The notes beneath the pieces were generated by a model. The model made no database searches and was not told the DNA's origin. It saw only the letters and a list, made by a program, of their open reading frames with translations. The translations under genes and the position numbers were made by a program. Below, in pieces: positions 25,928 to 37,821 of a DNA stretch of 64,000 nt (within the stretch, counting starts at the first letter, position 1; each line of letters opens with the position of its first letter). This DNA is from Azolla caroliniana (taxonomy: Eukaryota; Plantae; Polypodiophyta), in contig JBHGNT010000005.1 in NCBI GenBank assembly GCA_043228905.1, positions 9,300,001 through 9,364,000 on the forward strand, given 5' to 3'.

Positions 25928-26641
25928 TGTCGAGGAAATCCTCGCGTGTTCGTGAAATAAAGTGGGACCACCGGGGTTCTGGACCGGAAGGAATCGATGT
26001 TTTTAGTAGCGTAAGCGAGAAAGTATTGAAGATAAATAGATGGATGAAGAGAGAGAGAGATTGAGATAGAGATTGAACCCTTGTCTTTAGTTTTACGAGA
26101 CAAAATACATCACCATTAGGATAACTCAGATTTTGATTAAAGGTTTCTTTTTTACTTACATCACTTGCCTCCCTTACACAAGCCCAACTATAAGCTTTTA
26201 TAGGTCTCTCCATGCAAAAACCATGGGCTAACACCACAGGCTAAAACCATGGTTTTGTGCCCACGGTTTCTATATGTTTGCTTCCTACAAAATACTGAAT
26301 ATGAAAAGAAAATATACAAATTCTAAAGCACTCAGTAGTGGCTTTAGTGGTAGGTTAATTTGTTTCCTATCTTGGATATGCAAGGTTCGAGCCTTGCTTC
26401 CACCCTTATGTATGCACTTAAATGTTACTAGGCTTTAGTCTTATTTTTATATTTACAATTGAGCATGTGCACATGTTTAAGTTTACATCTAGCTTTTCTT
26501 TTACGATTCTCATTTTAGTCCTATTTACAACATGCTAGCATATGTGTGTGGCCTTCACCCCTTTCACACATGCACATTGCACCTTCTTGATTTCATTCAT
26601 TGCACACAATTTTCACACCGTTGCCTAAAATCTTTACGACA
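25928..26641 (-). repeat. LTR type Y, 5' LTR of the right element
   Basis: Reverse complement of 16835-17554; adjacent to the Trp PBS. Confidence 0.9.
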
Positions 26642-26645
26642 AAGG

Positions 26646-27807
26646 ACTAAAGCAAGCCCCACATGCCTGGAATGCGAAGATCACACAGCGACTACGTCAG
26701 ACAGGGTTTGCCATGTCGAAGTCGGACTCTTCACTTTTCATTCAGCGAGGTTGGAACGGTCCGGTAAGCATTTTGCTTTATGTTGATGATTTAGTCATCG
26801 CCGACGCCGACCTGGATGAAATCGATCGTGTCAAGTCCAAACTCGCGACATAATTCGAAATGAAGGATCTCAAGGACCTTCATTACTTCCTCCGGATCGA
26901 AATGATCCACACCCTGGAAAGCATACTGATCAATCAACGCCACTATGTGTTGAGTATGCTATTCAAATTCGGTATGACGATATGCAAGTCCATCTCAACT
27001 CCTCTGGATAGGAATGTGAAACTTCGCCCCGACTCCGGAACGACATGCGGCCCGAAAAGGTTCTGACAGATAGTCAAAAGCCTTATATACCTGACCATCA
27101 TCCAGGCGGATCTCAGCTATCCGGGCGGCTTGATCAGTCAATTCATGGCGCATTCGATTGTGGAGCAGTAAGGACAAGGGGTTGTTGTATTGGGCTGGTA
27201 TAGTTGGACAACTTGTTGGCTATATAGATGCCGATTGGGCCGAAAACGCCAATGATCGAACGTTTTCACTTGGAAGTGCCGCGTCGCCTAGAGCAGCAAG
27301 AAGCAACCGACAGTTGCACTATTGAGCACTGGGGCCGAGTATTGAGCAGTGGCTGTCGCAACGTGCGAAGCCATTTGGCTCAAATGGTTATTGATGGATT
27401 TGTAGGTGGAGGTGTCTCATCCGACGACGATCTACTGTGACAACCTCAGCAACATCCAAATGGCGAAGAACCCCGTATTTCACGCTCGGACCAAGCACAT
27501 TGAGGTGCAGTACCATTTTGTCTGTGAGCATATCCTCTCCGGTGAAGTCAAACTAGTGTATGTTTTGATGGATCGGCATACTGCCGGCATCTTCACCAAA
27601 CCTCTTGGTCTGGACAAGTTGCGACAATTTTCCGATCAACTTTGTCTCCAACACCTCGATATGCCGAACTTGAGGGGGAGAGGTGAAGCCGAAAAGGAAG
27701 AGAGAGATGATGATGTCTGGAAAACCGAATCGGATACCGAATTCAATTTCGGTCTGACTGAAGAAGTTAGAGTGTTCGGATCGGCTGAAGAGGTCGAGGA
27801 TGGATAG
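26646..27807 (+). pseudogene. Copia B pol, C-terminal RT and RNase H
   Basis: LKQAP, LYVDD and KNPVFHARTKHIEV motifs; degenerate. Confidence 0.9.
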
Positions 27808-28313
27808 ACATGTGCAGATAGAACGGACAAGTGGAGACTTGTCATACGCAGGGGGAGCGACCACAAAGGTAAGCCAGAGCAAAAGCCAGCTGAAAGTAGG
27901 GGAGGTGAAGTCAACAGGGGCAAGAAGACCACGACACAAACATGGTCTGATGTCGTGAAGGGTCAGAAGATCGGGGACGAGTTGGAGACAACCAACCTGG
28001 ACAAAAGCGGGAACGAATCAGAGACATCCGATTCAGTCAAGAGTTGAAGTGAATTGGATGCAACCGATTCAATCGAAATATTCGATTCGGAGGAGCCGAA
28101 TTGATTTTCCAAGCGGTGCAGAGGGCAACAGAAGTCGACTCCGACACGGAAGAGCCGGCGGGTCGAGAAGCGGTAGAACCGTGACAGTAAGGGAGTTGAC
28201 AAGCGCCAAGGGAGGAGACAAACCAACCGAGAAGGTCGAGGTGCGTAGAATCGGACGGGTCGTCGGAAGAGGAACTGGACCGGACGAGGAGTGTGAGCCA
28301 TGTGGGAAGACGC

Positions 28314-29239
28314 TGTCGGGGTAGTTGTGGTTCGTGTGGCGAAGTTGTAGGGACGAAGGTTAAGGGGAGTTGAAGGAACTTAAATTTTAATAAGGCTTGT
28401 ATGGTGATGTTAGAAAGGTTAAGAATAGCAAGAAGAAGAGTTACGAGTAATGTGTGTGAGAGAGAGAGAGACGAGAATAGATAGAAGATAGAGACAATAT
28501 ATGATTCAAGAAGCAAGATAGAGACAATGTATGATTTAAGAAGGAAGATTGAGACAAAGTATGATTCAAGAAGCAAGAGTATTTGATATAAACATGATGT
28601 ATATTAAAAAGACAATATTTTACTAACTTTACAATCCTCGATCGCAAACTGAACACATTCTCTACCGACCCTTGATTTGAACCCATGACCTCAACTTTGA
28701 AACGCAAGCTTCTTCACCCAATGAGCTAGTCTTCTCTACTTAATTATATTATTTTATCACTCTCTCTTGATGATTCCCCTCTTGTTTCCTTGCCCCTCAT
28801 TATATAAGTGTTGGCATGCATATGGTAATGTATGGGAGCATGGCATGCATGCAATGCATGAGTTACATGTAATGCATGATCGCCATTTGGCGCACATGCA
28901 TTGCATGTGATGCATGATGGCTATGTATGAAAATAAATATGGGATAACTATAATGATGAAAATGTATTCTAAAATAACTAACCTATCTTAGTGGTGTATG
29001 CTTTGTGTTTGGTATACAAGGTTGAGAGTTCAAGTCTCTTTATTTTACTCAATACAATATATAGCTTCATTCTTATATCATGAAGCACATTTTTTTACAA
29101 ACTTTTACAAATAAATAGCCTAGCCTAGTGGTATGTACATTGTACTTCGTATATAAGGATGTGGGTTCAAGTCTCTCAAACATTATTAAATACAATATTT
29201 AAGCTCATTTTTATATCGTGAAGCACATTCTTCACGACA
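28314..29239 (-). mobile_element. Solo LTR (926 bp) carrying three tRNA-like cassettes
   Basis: TGTCG...CGACA termini; perfect 4-bp TSD ACGC (28310-28313, 29240-29243); orientation inferred from the TATA near 28800. Confidence 0.85.
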
Positions 29240-31612
29240 ACGCAAGGAGGAGCCGAAGGGAAGGACCGGTGGACACACATTGCGATCCGACCTCAAGTTG
29301 AGCTTGAGGGGGAGTGTTGAGCGGGCAAGATCAAACGGATCCGGAGCAGAGAACCAGATCGGTGTTTGGAACCTAGAGCCGGACCGGAGAACCGGATCGT
29401 ACTCCGGAATGGTGTGAAATGGTAGGTTGTTGGCATCCTACGCTCTGAGCCTAGTACATAGGCATATTCCTTGGAGTTAGTGTAGAGGCTCATTTGTGAG
29501 CATTCAAGTACTTATGGTACTTGTATTAGTCCGTGTAAGGACTTGTATAAAAGTGCTCTCTGAGCACATTCTATGTAGAGAGCGTTGTTATTTTGAAATT
29601 AAGTTTTTGTTCTGCTCTCTCTCTGTCTCTCCCGTGTATTCAAGCTTTCCATTAAACCTCTGTTCTGTGATCTACTGTTATCTGGACTAGCCGGTTTTGA
29701 CTTAGCTTACACACAATATCTTTTACAATATTATTTTTGAAATTTAGTTTTCAGTCTTCTGCTCTCTCTGTCTCTCTTGCGTACCCTCTCTCCATTGTGT
29801 TGTTTTTTTGTTGCTGTCCGGCTGAGCCGGTTCTGTTTTGTTTTAGCTTTTGCACTTTAATCTTTACATGGTATCAAAGTGCAAGGGTTGAGAATCCTCT
29901 ATTGCTGACAAGCGTTCAATAGGAACAAACCCTATCACCCGGTTAAGAACAAATAACAAGAAGAAAATGGACAGAAGCATAGCAAGCTCACTTCCAACGG
30001 AGAAGCTCGATCGGAGCAACTACACATCTGGGTCCTACAAGATGCACCAGTACCTGCTTGGGCACGATTACTGGAGCTATGTGGAAGGAGTAAATGAAGT
30101 AGCACCAAATTCGACACACAAGGAATTTCTGGTTTGGGAACAAGGAGCAAGTAGAGTCTTGTACTACCTTGCATCATGTGTGCATGACTAGATGTTGGGT
30201 TAGATTCGAGAAGCAAAGAAGCAGAAGGAGGCCACGGAAAATCTGAAAAAGATTTTCGCCGCAAGTACCACGGCCTAGAAGTGGCAGCTCCAGCATGAGC
30301 TCAACATTATCCGATAGAAGGATATGATAGTCACTGACTACACCACCAAAATAAAGGAGATCTGTGATGCCCTCAGATCCATCAACGTGATAGTGGATGA
30401 AGATGAGATGGTACAGATCTGCCTCGATGGTCTAGCTCAGAGGTATGAGACAATCCGGATGGCTATCTGTACAAGGGAGAAGCCATCGTCGTTCTTCGAC
30501 CAGCAATCAATGCTCATCGTTGAAGAAAATCATGTGGGTGCGTCAAGGAGCAGCAATCCGACAACCATATGTTGTATAAGGAGGAAAATCGGCCCCGTGG
30601 TCATGGTAGATGAGGTGGATTGGCACACATTGGTGGTGGTTGACAAGACCAAAATCAAAGGCGTAATCGACATGCCGAGAGCAGTTCCGGATCCTCCACG
30701 AGCAGGGGGAGTCAAAGCAATGCCGGAAATCGGCAAGGGAAAGCCGAGATAGAATGTTGGTACCGTGGCCGAAAGGGTCACGGAGAAAGCGAATGCTGGA
30801 AAAAGAAGGCCGATTTGGACAAATCCGGATCCGGCAGAGCCAAACAAGGGAATCGGCAGCGCTCGTACTATGCCGGAGTGTCGGAAGGACCCAAAACCAT
30901 AAAGGGCCCAATCTTTGTGATGAAGCACAAGGAAAACTCGATGAAGAAGAGCACCGCAAAACCGAAGAAGGTGTGGTATGTCAACTCCGGAGCGTCGAAT
31001 CATATGAAGAGCCACGAAGAGTGGTTCTCATACTTGCAGAAACCCGAACAACCGGGAGTCATTGAAACTGGTGATGACACCGTGCATCCGATCAAACATG
31101 TCGGCGAAGACCCCCAGAGTCATGTCGAACAGAAGGGGAGACTGATGAACTTCTTGCATGTCCCAATGCTCACCAAGAACTTGGTGTTGGTCGGATAGAT
31201 CGTTGACCAAGGGATGCATGTTCGGTTCACATTATTACGCAAGGGCGTCGAGAAGGGAGGATGTTCGTCCTTGTCACAAACGACGTCGACACCGCATTGT
31301 TCACTAAAGGGCAAAAGGACGATTCAAATATCGACTTGTGGCACAAGCGGATCGACCACATCAACTATTAAAGACTTCAAGTATTGCAAACAAAACAAGT
31401 TGTGTTCGGTTTGCTGAAGTTCACTGGTTGGAAAGCCCATATTTGTGAAGCTTGCCAGTTAGGGAATTAACACCGACTTCCATTCCCCAACGAGCGTAAT
31501 CAGAGCCGCAACAAGCTCGACTTAATTCATTAGGACATATGGGGACTGGCACAGAATGTGAGCCTAGGCGGAAGTCGATATTTCATCTCCTTCATCGACG
31601 ACTACATACAAC

Positions 31613-32385
31613 TGACGGGAACTGGTCGTTCCTTATGCGCAACGCTCGGCCACAACCGAGCTTAGAATGATACACAGAAAACGGGAAATAGAACACGACA
31701 CAAAGAAGAGGAAGATACACAGGAGGTTTACGTGGAAAACCCCAAACTAGGGGAAAAAACCACGGCAGCCCACAGGCTGCAAACTGTCACTATGTAAGAA
31801 TGTACAAAACAGTGAGTTCACGGAGGCAACGACCTCGGACTCACGATCTTCGCCACAGGCGACCTCTTTCTCTCTCTCTCTCTCTCTGTACAACGTTACG
31901 TACTCTCTCTTCTTCTTGCACCAACAAGAAAGTAACAACACATACCTAAAAGTTTGCCCTAAGTCATATTTATACTAATATGACTTTTCGGCTATTTACA
32001 AATATAGCCACAATGGACTCTTAGAAACATATTTACGAATATGTCTCTTCATCCGGTTCTCATCGGGCATGCACCATCCGGCTCTCCGTAGTCAGGGACT
32101 CCTCATCCGGTTCTCACCGGGCCTGCACCATCCGGCTCTCCGTAGCCGGGTACTCCTCATCCGGTTCTCACCGGGTCTGCACCATCCGGTTCTCACCGGG
32201 TCTGCACCATCCGGCTCTCCGTAGCCGGGGACTCCTCATCCGGTTCTCACCGGGTCTGCACCATCCGGCTCTCTGTAGCCGGGGACTCCTCATCCGGTTC
32301 CGGCCGAGGCCTATCGGCCTCGGCCGAGCTCGTTCATCAACACTCTTCTTCTCCCTTCCCATCCGGAGGGACCTGTCTCCGAACA
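31613..32385 (-). mobile_element. Solo LTR with expanded 54-bp repeats
   Basis: Reverse-complement homologue of 24861-25506; perfect TSD ACAAC. Confidence 0.9.
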
Positions 32386-33832
32386 ACAACACACTTGGAT
32401 CCACCTCATCGAAAAGAAGAGTGAAGTCTTTGACCGTTTCTGAAACCCAAAAAGCTTAGCGGAGAGGGAAACAAAAGGGAAGATCAAGTGCCTGCAGTCG
32501 GATGGCCGAAAGGAATAATTTTTAGGCCAGTTCAATTGTTATCTTAACCAAATGGGAATTTGGTGCGAATTCAGCTGTAGATATACGCCAGAACAGAACG
32601 GCGTAGCCGAGCGGAAGAATCGGTTGATTATCGAAACGACATGGGCAATGCTAGAGGAGAAGAGCAGCCCAAGTTTTATTGGGCCGAAGCAGTTTGGATA
32701 GCGGTCTACATCTAGAATTAGATCGGAGAGAAGGTGTCAGCACACGAGTTGTCTTCGGGCAAAAGCCGAACTTGAGACACTTGAGGTTATTCAATAGCAT
32801 TGCCTATGTGCATGTGCCAGATGAGAAACGGAAGAAGGTAGACGTGAAATCAGAAAGGTGCATACTGGTCAGCTACTCACAGGAACAGGAGGGGTATAAG
32901 TGTTATAACCCCTGGACCAAACAAGTCCGAGTAAGCCAAGATGTTGTGTTCGATGAGTCGGCATCCTGGTATGCTCTTCTGACTCCGAACCCCGATAACT
33001 CCGACCTCCCAATCTCTAAGGATGAGGCTATTGAGGCCGTCATGATCCAAGAAGAAGAAGAAGATTTTGGTGCTCTGGAAGAGAGTCTGATTTCATTCCG
33101 GCTTAGTGGCCCGAATGAAAAGCTGATTTGGAATGACTAGCCAATGAGTAGTGATGACTCGGCCCTGCACTCCCCGTGCAAGGAACTGAGGAGACGGTTC
33201 ACGCGCAAAGAGAAGGGGAAGATGAAGATGCCGGAATATGACACAAGTAAAGGTATGTCGGATCACGGAGAATCCGATACCATCCGAAGTGAAGAATGAC
33301 ATCAGGGTCTGAGGTTGGATGTGGCCAAGAGGGCCCTCAAATCGGCGAATGAGAAGCTACATTGATCGACTCGCCACAAGAGGCCGGTGATCTGGTACGG
33401 TTATAACGAGTACATGGCGCATCATTATGTGTACATGACGAAGGTGGTGGAAGTCCACGAGTTGGAGAGTTATGTGGAGGCATCACAGGATGCCAAATGG
33501 TGTTTGGCCATGGAGGAAGAAATGTTGGCACTTGATACCAATGACACTTGATGCAGCCATGGTCTCCACTCCTCTCAACAAGAACCTGAAGCTACATCCC
33601 GACTCGGGAGTGGCCTGCGATGAGAAACGGTTCCGACAAATTTTCGAAAGCCTTATTTATTCAACCATCACCCGACCCAACCTTAGCTATCCGGTCGGTG
33701 TGATAAGTCAATTCATGCAATGACTGACTAGAATATTGCGGTATGTGAGCGGCACAAAGGATCGAGGGCCGGTGACGCCACAGATCATCGATCCACATCG
33801 GATTTCATGTTCTCTCTTGGAAGTGCAATTGT

Positions 33833-34127
33833 TGTCATGATATGACAAGACTCGAACCCATGACCTTATGTTACATGGGTCGAGCTCTTGACCATTAGAC
33901 TATATATTGTAATACGAGAGATATTATTTTCATTTAGGTTTTACTATAGAAAATTGATGTATATTCCAGATTTCTCTAGAACATTCTAGAAACTTCAGGA
34001 GTACTCCTGAGAACACTATAAAAGGAGGCACAAGGCATTATTTTGAACCAAATCGGTTCAACGCCAGTCTTAAGCCTCTTAGCTACTATTGTATATTCCC
34101 TTAACATAATATATATCTTTTGTTATC

Positions 34128-34166
<39 letters not shown>

Positions 34167-37100
34167 AAGAGTTCTACACCTCCCTTTGTATTAATCCTCA
34201 TCTTCTCTGTTTTAGTACTGTTCTTGACAATATTTCTCTGTCTTAGTACTGCTCCTGACAGTTTGAACCGATTTGGTCTCTCCTTCCTTCTCTTCCTTTG
34301 TCTTCTTACTTCTCTCTCCCTTCATACTAATCTCTTATTCCTCTTTTCTCTCATACTATGGCCATTGTTAGTGCTCAAGAATATCAATCCGTTTTCTCAA
34401 AGCTGCAATGCTTGAAAGAGAAGTTCCTTGCTTTGGAACAAGAAAATCAACAGTTGTTGGGGGATCTTCAACAAATCTTCTTAGAAAAGCATCAGACGCA
34501 ACAACAACATGGGGAACTAGTGGTACGCATGCAACAACTCGAAGCAACCTTAGTAGCGATGGAACAACAAGGACCTAGTACGTAAGGGATTCACAAAGAA
34601 CCCAAGATCGGCCTTCCCATGAAATTCGATGGAACGCGATCGCAGTTTAGAGGATTCCTTAATCAGGTATGATTAGTCATTCAAATGCATCCTTCTTGAT
34701 ATCCCACCGATGCATCACGAGTGGGATTGGTAGGCACTCTAATTAGTGGCACGACTTTTGCATGGTTCACCCCCCTGTTAGACAAAAGCTCTCCCTTGTT
34801 AAATAATTTCGAAGAGTTTATTACCGAGTTTAAAGCCTGTTTTGGAGATACCAACAGTGTTAGAACATCAATCAACAAAATCCGAAGATTGTGTCAAGGT
34901 GAGCGGTTGGCCTCAGCTTATGTTGCGGATTTCCGTCTTCTCGCCACCGATATTCCCTGGGATGACCAGGAACTAATGGAGCAATTTCATTTTGGATTTT
35001 GGCCTACGTAATGATGTTAAAGATTTACTCTTAACTTTCCCCGAGGAGCCAAAGTCATTGACAGAAGCAATCAGTCGTGCGGTGCGATGCGATAATCGCC
35101 TCTTCGAACGACGTTCGGAACGTTAGTTCCAAATGCCATGGACAAGATCGGAGCCCACCTATGCTTCAATCGTAGCAAAGCCTTTCCCAAGGGAGTCATT
35201 CGATACGTCTCCAGCAAATACTCCGACTACAATGGAAATCGACACCACATGTCGTCGCAGACCACTATCTAGTATCGGAAGAAGAAAGCAGCGACGCAGG
35301 GCAAATCAATTATGTCTTTATTGCGGTGGACTGGGGCATATTGCAGTGAAATGCCCCCATCGGCCGAAAAGGTAGGTAAATCAAATAACCGCTAGTACTA
35401 ATAGTACTAAACCCGATTCTATTCCTCTCGGTGTGTCTGATAGTCCGAATAGCCTAAGCCTTTCAAACAAATTTGAAATCCTTAGTCAACTAGAAGAAGA
35501 GTTGAATGATTAAGTTCAGCCAAAATAGGAGCCGTTTGTTGGACAACCCTAGATCTGTGTAGCCCATTAGTGGTTCCATTTCCGACCAGGAGCGTATAAC
35601 CTCGTACGGATCCAACCAGGAGATGAATGGAAGACTGCGTTTTGCACCAGATATGGGCACTTCGAGTATACGGTCATGCCATTCGGCCTCACTAATGCGC
35701 CAACAGTCTTCCAACACATGGAAAATGATATATTCTGAGATCTCTTGGATGTTTGTTTGATCATCTATTTGGATGATCTACAGGTTTATTCGAAGACCCA
35801 AGAAGAGCATGATTCTCATGTACTGTTAGTACTAAAACGACTTCGAGAACATTGTCTTTATACAAAGCTGGAAAAATGTAGTTTCGAGCGCAACCGGGTA
35901 GAATTTCTAGGCTATGTCATTTCCTCGGAAGGCATCTCCATGGATCCAGCTAAGGTCAAAATGGTGGTAGAGTGGCAGAATCCGCGTTCGTTGCGAGATG
36001 TGCAATGCTTTTTAGGCTTTGCCAATTTCTACCGCAAGTTTATACAAGATTACTCAAAGCTTGTTCTGCCTCTCACACAGCTTACTAAGAAGGGACAATC
36101 GTTCGTTTGGTCTGAAGAAGCAGACATGGCTTTTGAGAGTCTTAAGAAGGCATTTACATCAGCTCCTATTCTGGCTCATGTTGATCCGGAAAAACCATTC
36201 ATCATCGAAGCAAACGCGTCAGATTTCGCCTTGGGTAGCATTCTGTCACAACAAGGCGATGATGAAAAGCTCCATCATGTGGCCTTCACTCACGCAAGTT
36301 TGACGCCACCAAAATCAACTATGAAATTCATGATAAGGAGCTATTAGCAATTGTGGACTCTTTTACGCAATGGAGGCATTTTCCAGAGGGATCTTCTCAT
36401 CAAGTCACCGTATTTAGTGATCAGAGAAACCTTGCCTACTTTTAGAATGCTCCTGTGTTAAATTGACATCAAGCTCGGTGGGCCCAATTCCTCATTCGTT
36501 TCGACTTCAAAATTACATATCGGCCGGGGAAGCAACAAGGGAAGCCAAGTGCATTATCATGGCGCTTGTATCTAGCACCGCGTCCTGGCGAGCCAACTTT
36601 TGATAACCAAAAGCAAGTAATCCTGGGATTGGCACGACTGCAAGCAACGCAGGTCTTCAGTATGCCCTTGGATTCCCACGTTATCGATACCATACGTGAG
36701 AACTTGAAGACAAATGCTTTCTCCCAAGCCATTCTAGCAGAAATTGATCCCTCTTGAGCATCTTGTTCACAGTCGCAACAACCAGGTACGGACTATCGAC
36801 AATTTGAATGTCATGATGGATTACTATTCTATATGAAACTCTTGTATGTTCCTAATGGTTCTTGTCGCCTTCGAGTAGTCCAAAACTGTCATGACACATA
36901 TACATCTAGGCATTTTGGTAGTACTAAAACATTAGATTTAGTACAACGATCATTCTCGTGGCCCCATATGGGACAATTTGTCGAAGATTTTGTTCGGACT
37001 TATGATACATGTTGTAGAGCAAAAATGCGAAGGCATCATCCATATGGTTTATTAGAACCATTACCAATTCCAAGAAAACCGTGGCAATCCATTGCTCTAG

Positions 37101-37821
37101 ATTTCATCACAGATCTTCCGGTCTCTAAGGGGTTCGATGCGATCTTAACAGTAGTAGATCGATATACGAAGATGGCCCATTTCCTACCATGCACTAAGGA
37201 AATCTCCAGTGAGGAAACCGCCGAAACTTTCATGCGTGAAGTATGTTGGCATCATGGCCTTCCCGATAGTATCATCAGTGACCGTGGACCCCTGTTCGTC
37301 TCAAAATTCTGGAAGCACCTCTTTAAAATGCTCAAGTTCACTTGTAACCTCTCTTCGGGCTACCACAAAAAAGGGATAGTGTCATGATATGGCAAGACTC
37401 GAACCCATGACCTTATGTTACATGGGTCAAGCTCTTGACCATTAGACTATATGTTGTAATACAAAGAATATTATTTTCACTTAAGTTTTACTATAGAAAA
37501 TTGATGTATATTCCAGATTTCTTTGGAACATTCTAGAAATTTCAGTAGTACTCCTGAGAACACTATAAAAGGAGGCACAAGGCATTATTTCGAACCAAAT
37601 CGGTTCAACGCCCGTCTTAAGCCTCCTAGCTACTATTGTATATTCTCTTAACATAATATATATCTTTTGTTATCATCATTCTCTCTCTCTCACTCACTCT
37701 TTCCTTCTCTCGAGAGTTCTACACCTCCCTTAGTACTAATCCTCATCTTTTAGTCCTAATTCCTTCTCTGTCTTAGTACTGTTCCTAACAGTACTTCTCT
37801 GTCTTAGTATTGTTCCTAACA
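33833..37821 (+). mobile_element. Chromovirus-type Gypsy, two LTRs, internally deleted
   Basis: LTRs 33833-34260 and 37380-37821; perfect TSD ATTGT; gag from 34358, RT (YLDD), RH and partial INT; protease/N-terminal RT and the INT C-terminus/chromodomain are missing. Confidence 0.92.

Larger units (their letters stand above)
6143..26641. mobile_element. Composite inverted insertion: two tail-to-tail gag-only LTR elements around a permuted chromovirus
   Basis: Begins TGTCGTGA and ends TTACGACA; flanked by ACGG (6139-6142) and AAGG (26642-26645); Copia B RT (…CCTTTACGG | ACTAAAGCAAGCC…) is contiguous across it when compared with Copia C. Confidence 0.8.
2903..29727 (+). mobile_element. Ty1/Copia element B, inserted in the 5' LTR of A, degenerate
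   Basis: LTRs 2903-3365 and 29315-29727 (TGTTGAGCGGG...TTTACA); PBS TGGTATTAGAG 3366-3376; PPT GAGGGGGAG; TSD GTATT/ATATT (1 mismatch). Most of gag is deleted near 3595. Confidence 0.9.

Noticed and set aside
6143-26641. Giant DNA transposon with TIRs or a DIRS element
   Set aside because: Only about 8 bp of the ends are inverted; the ends belong to two different LTRs with PBS and PPT; no transposase or tyrosine recombinase is present.
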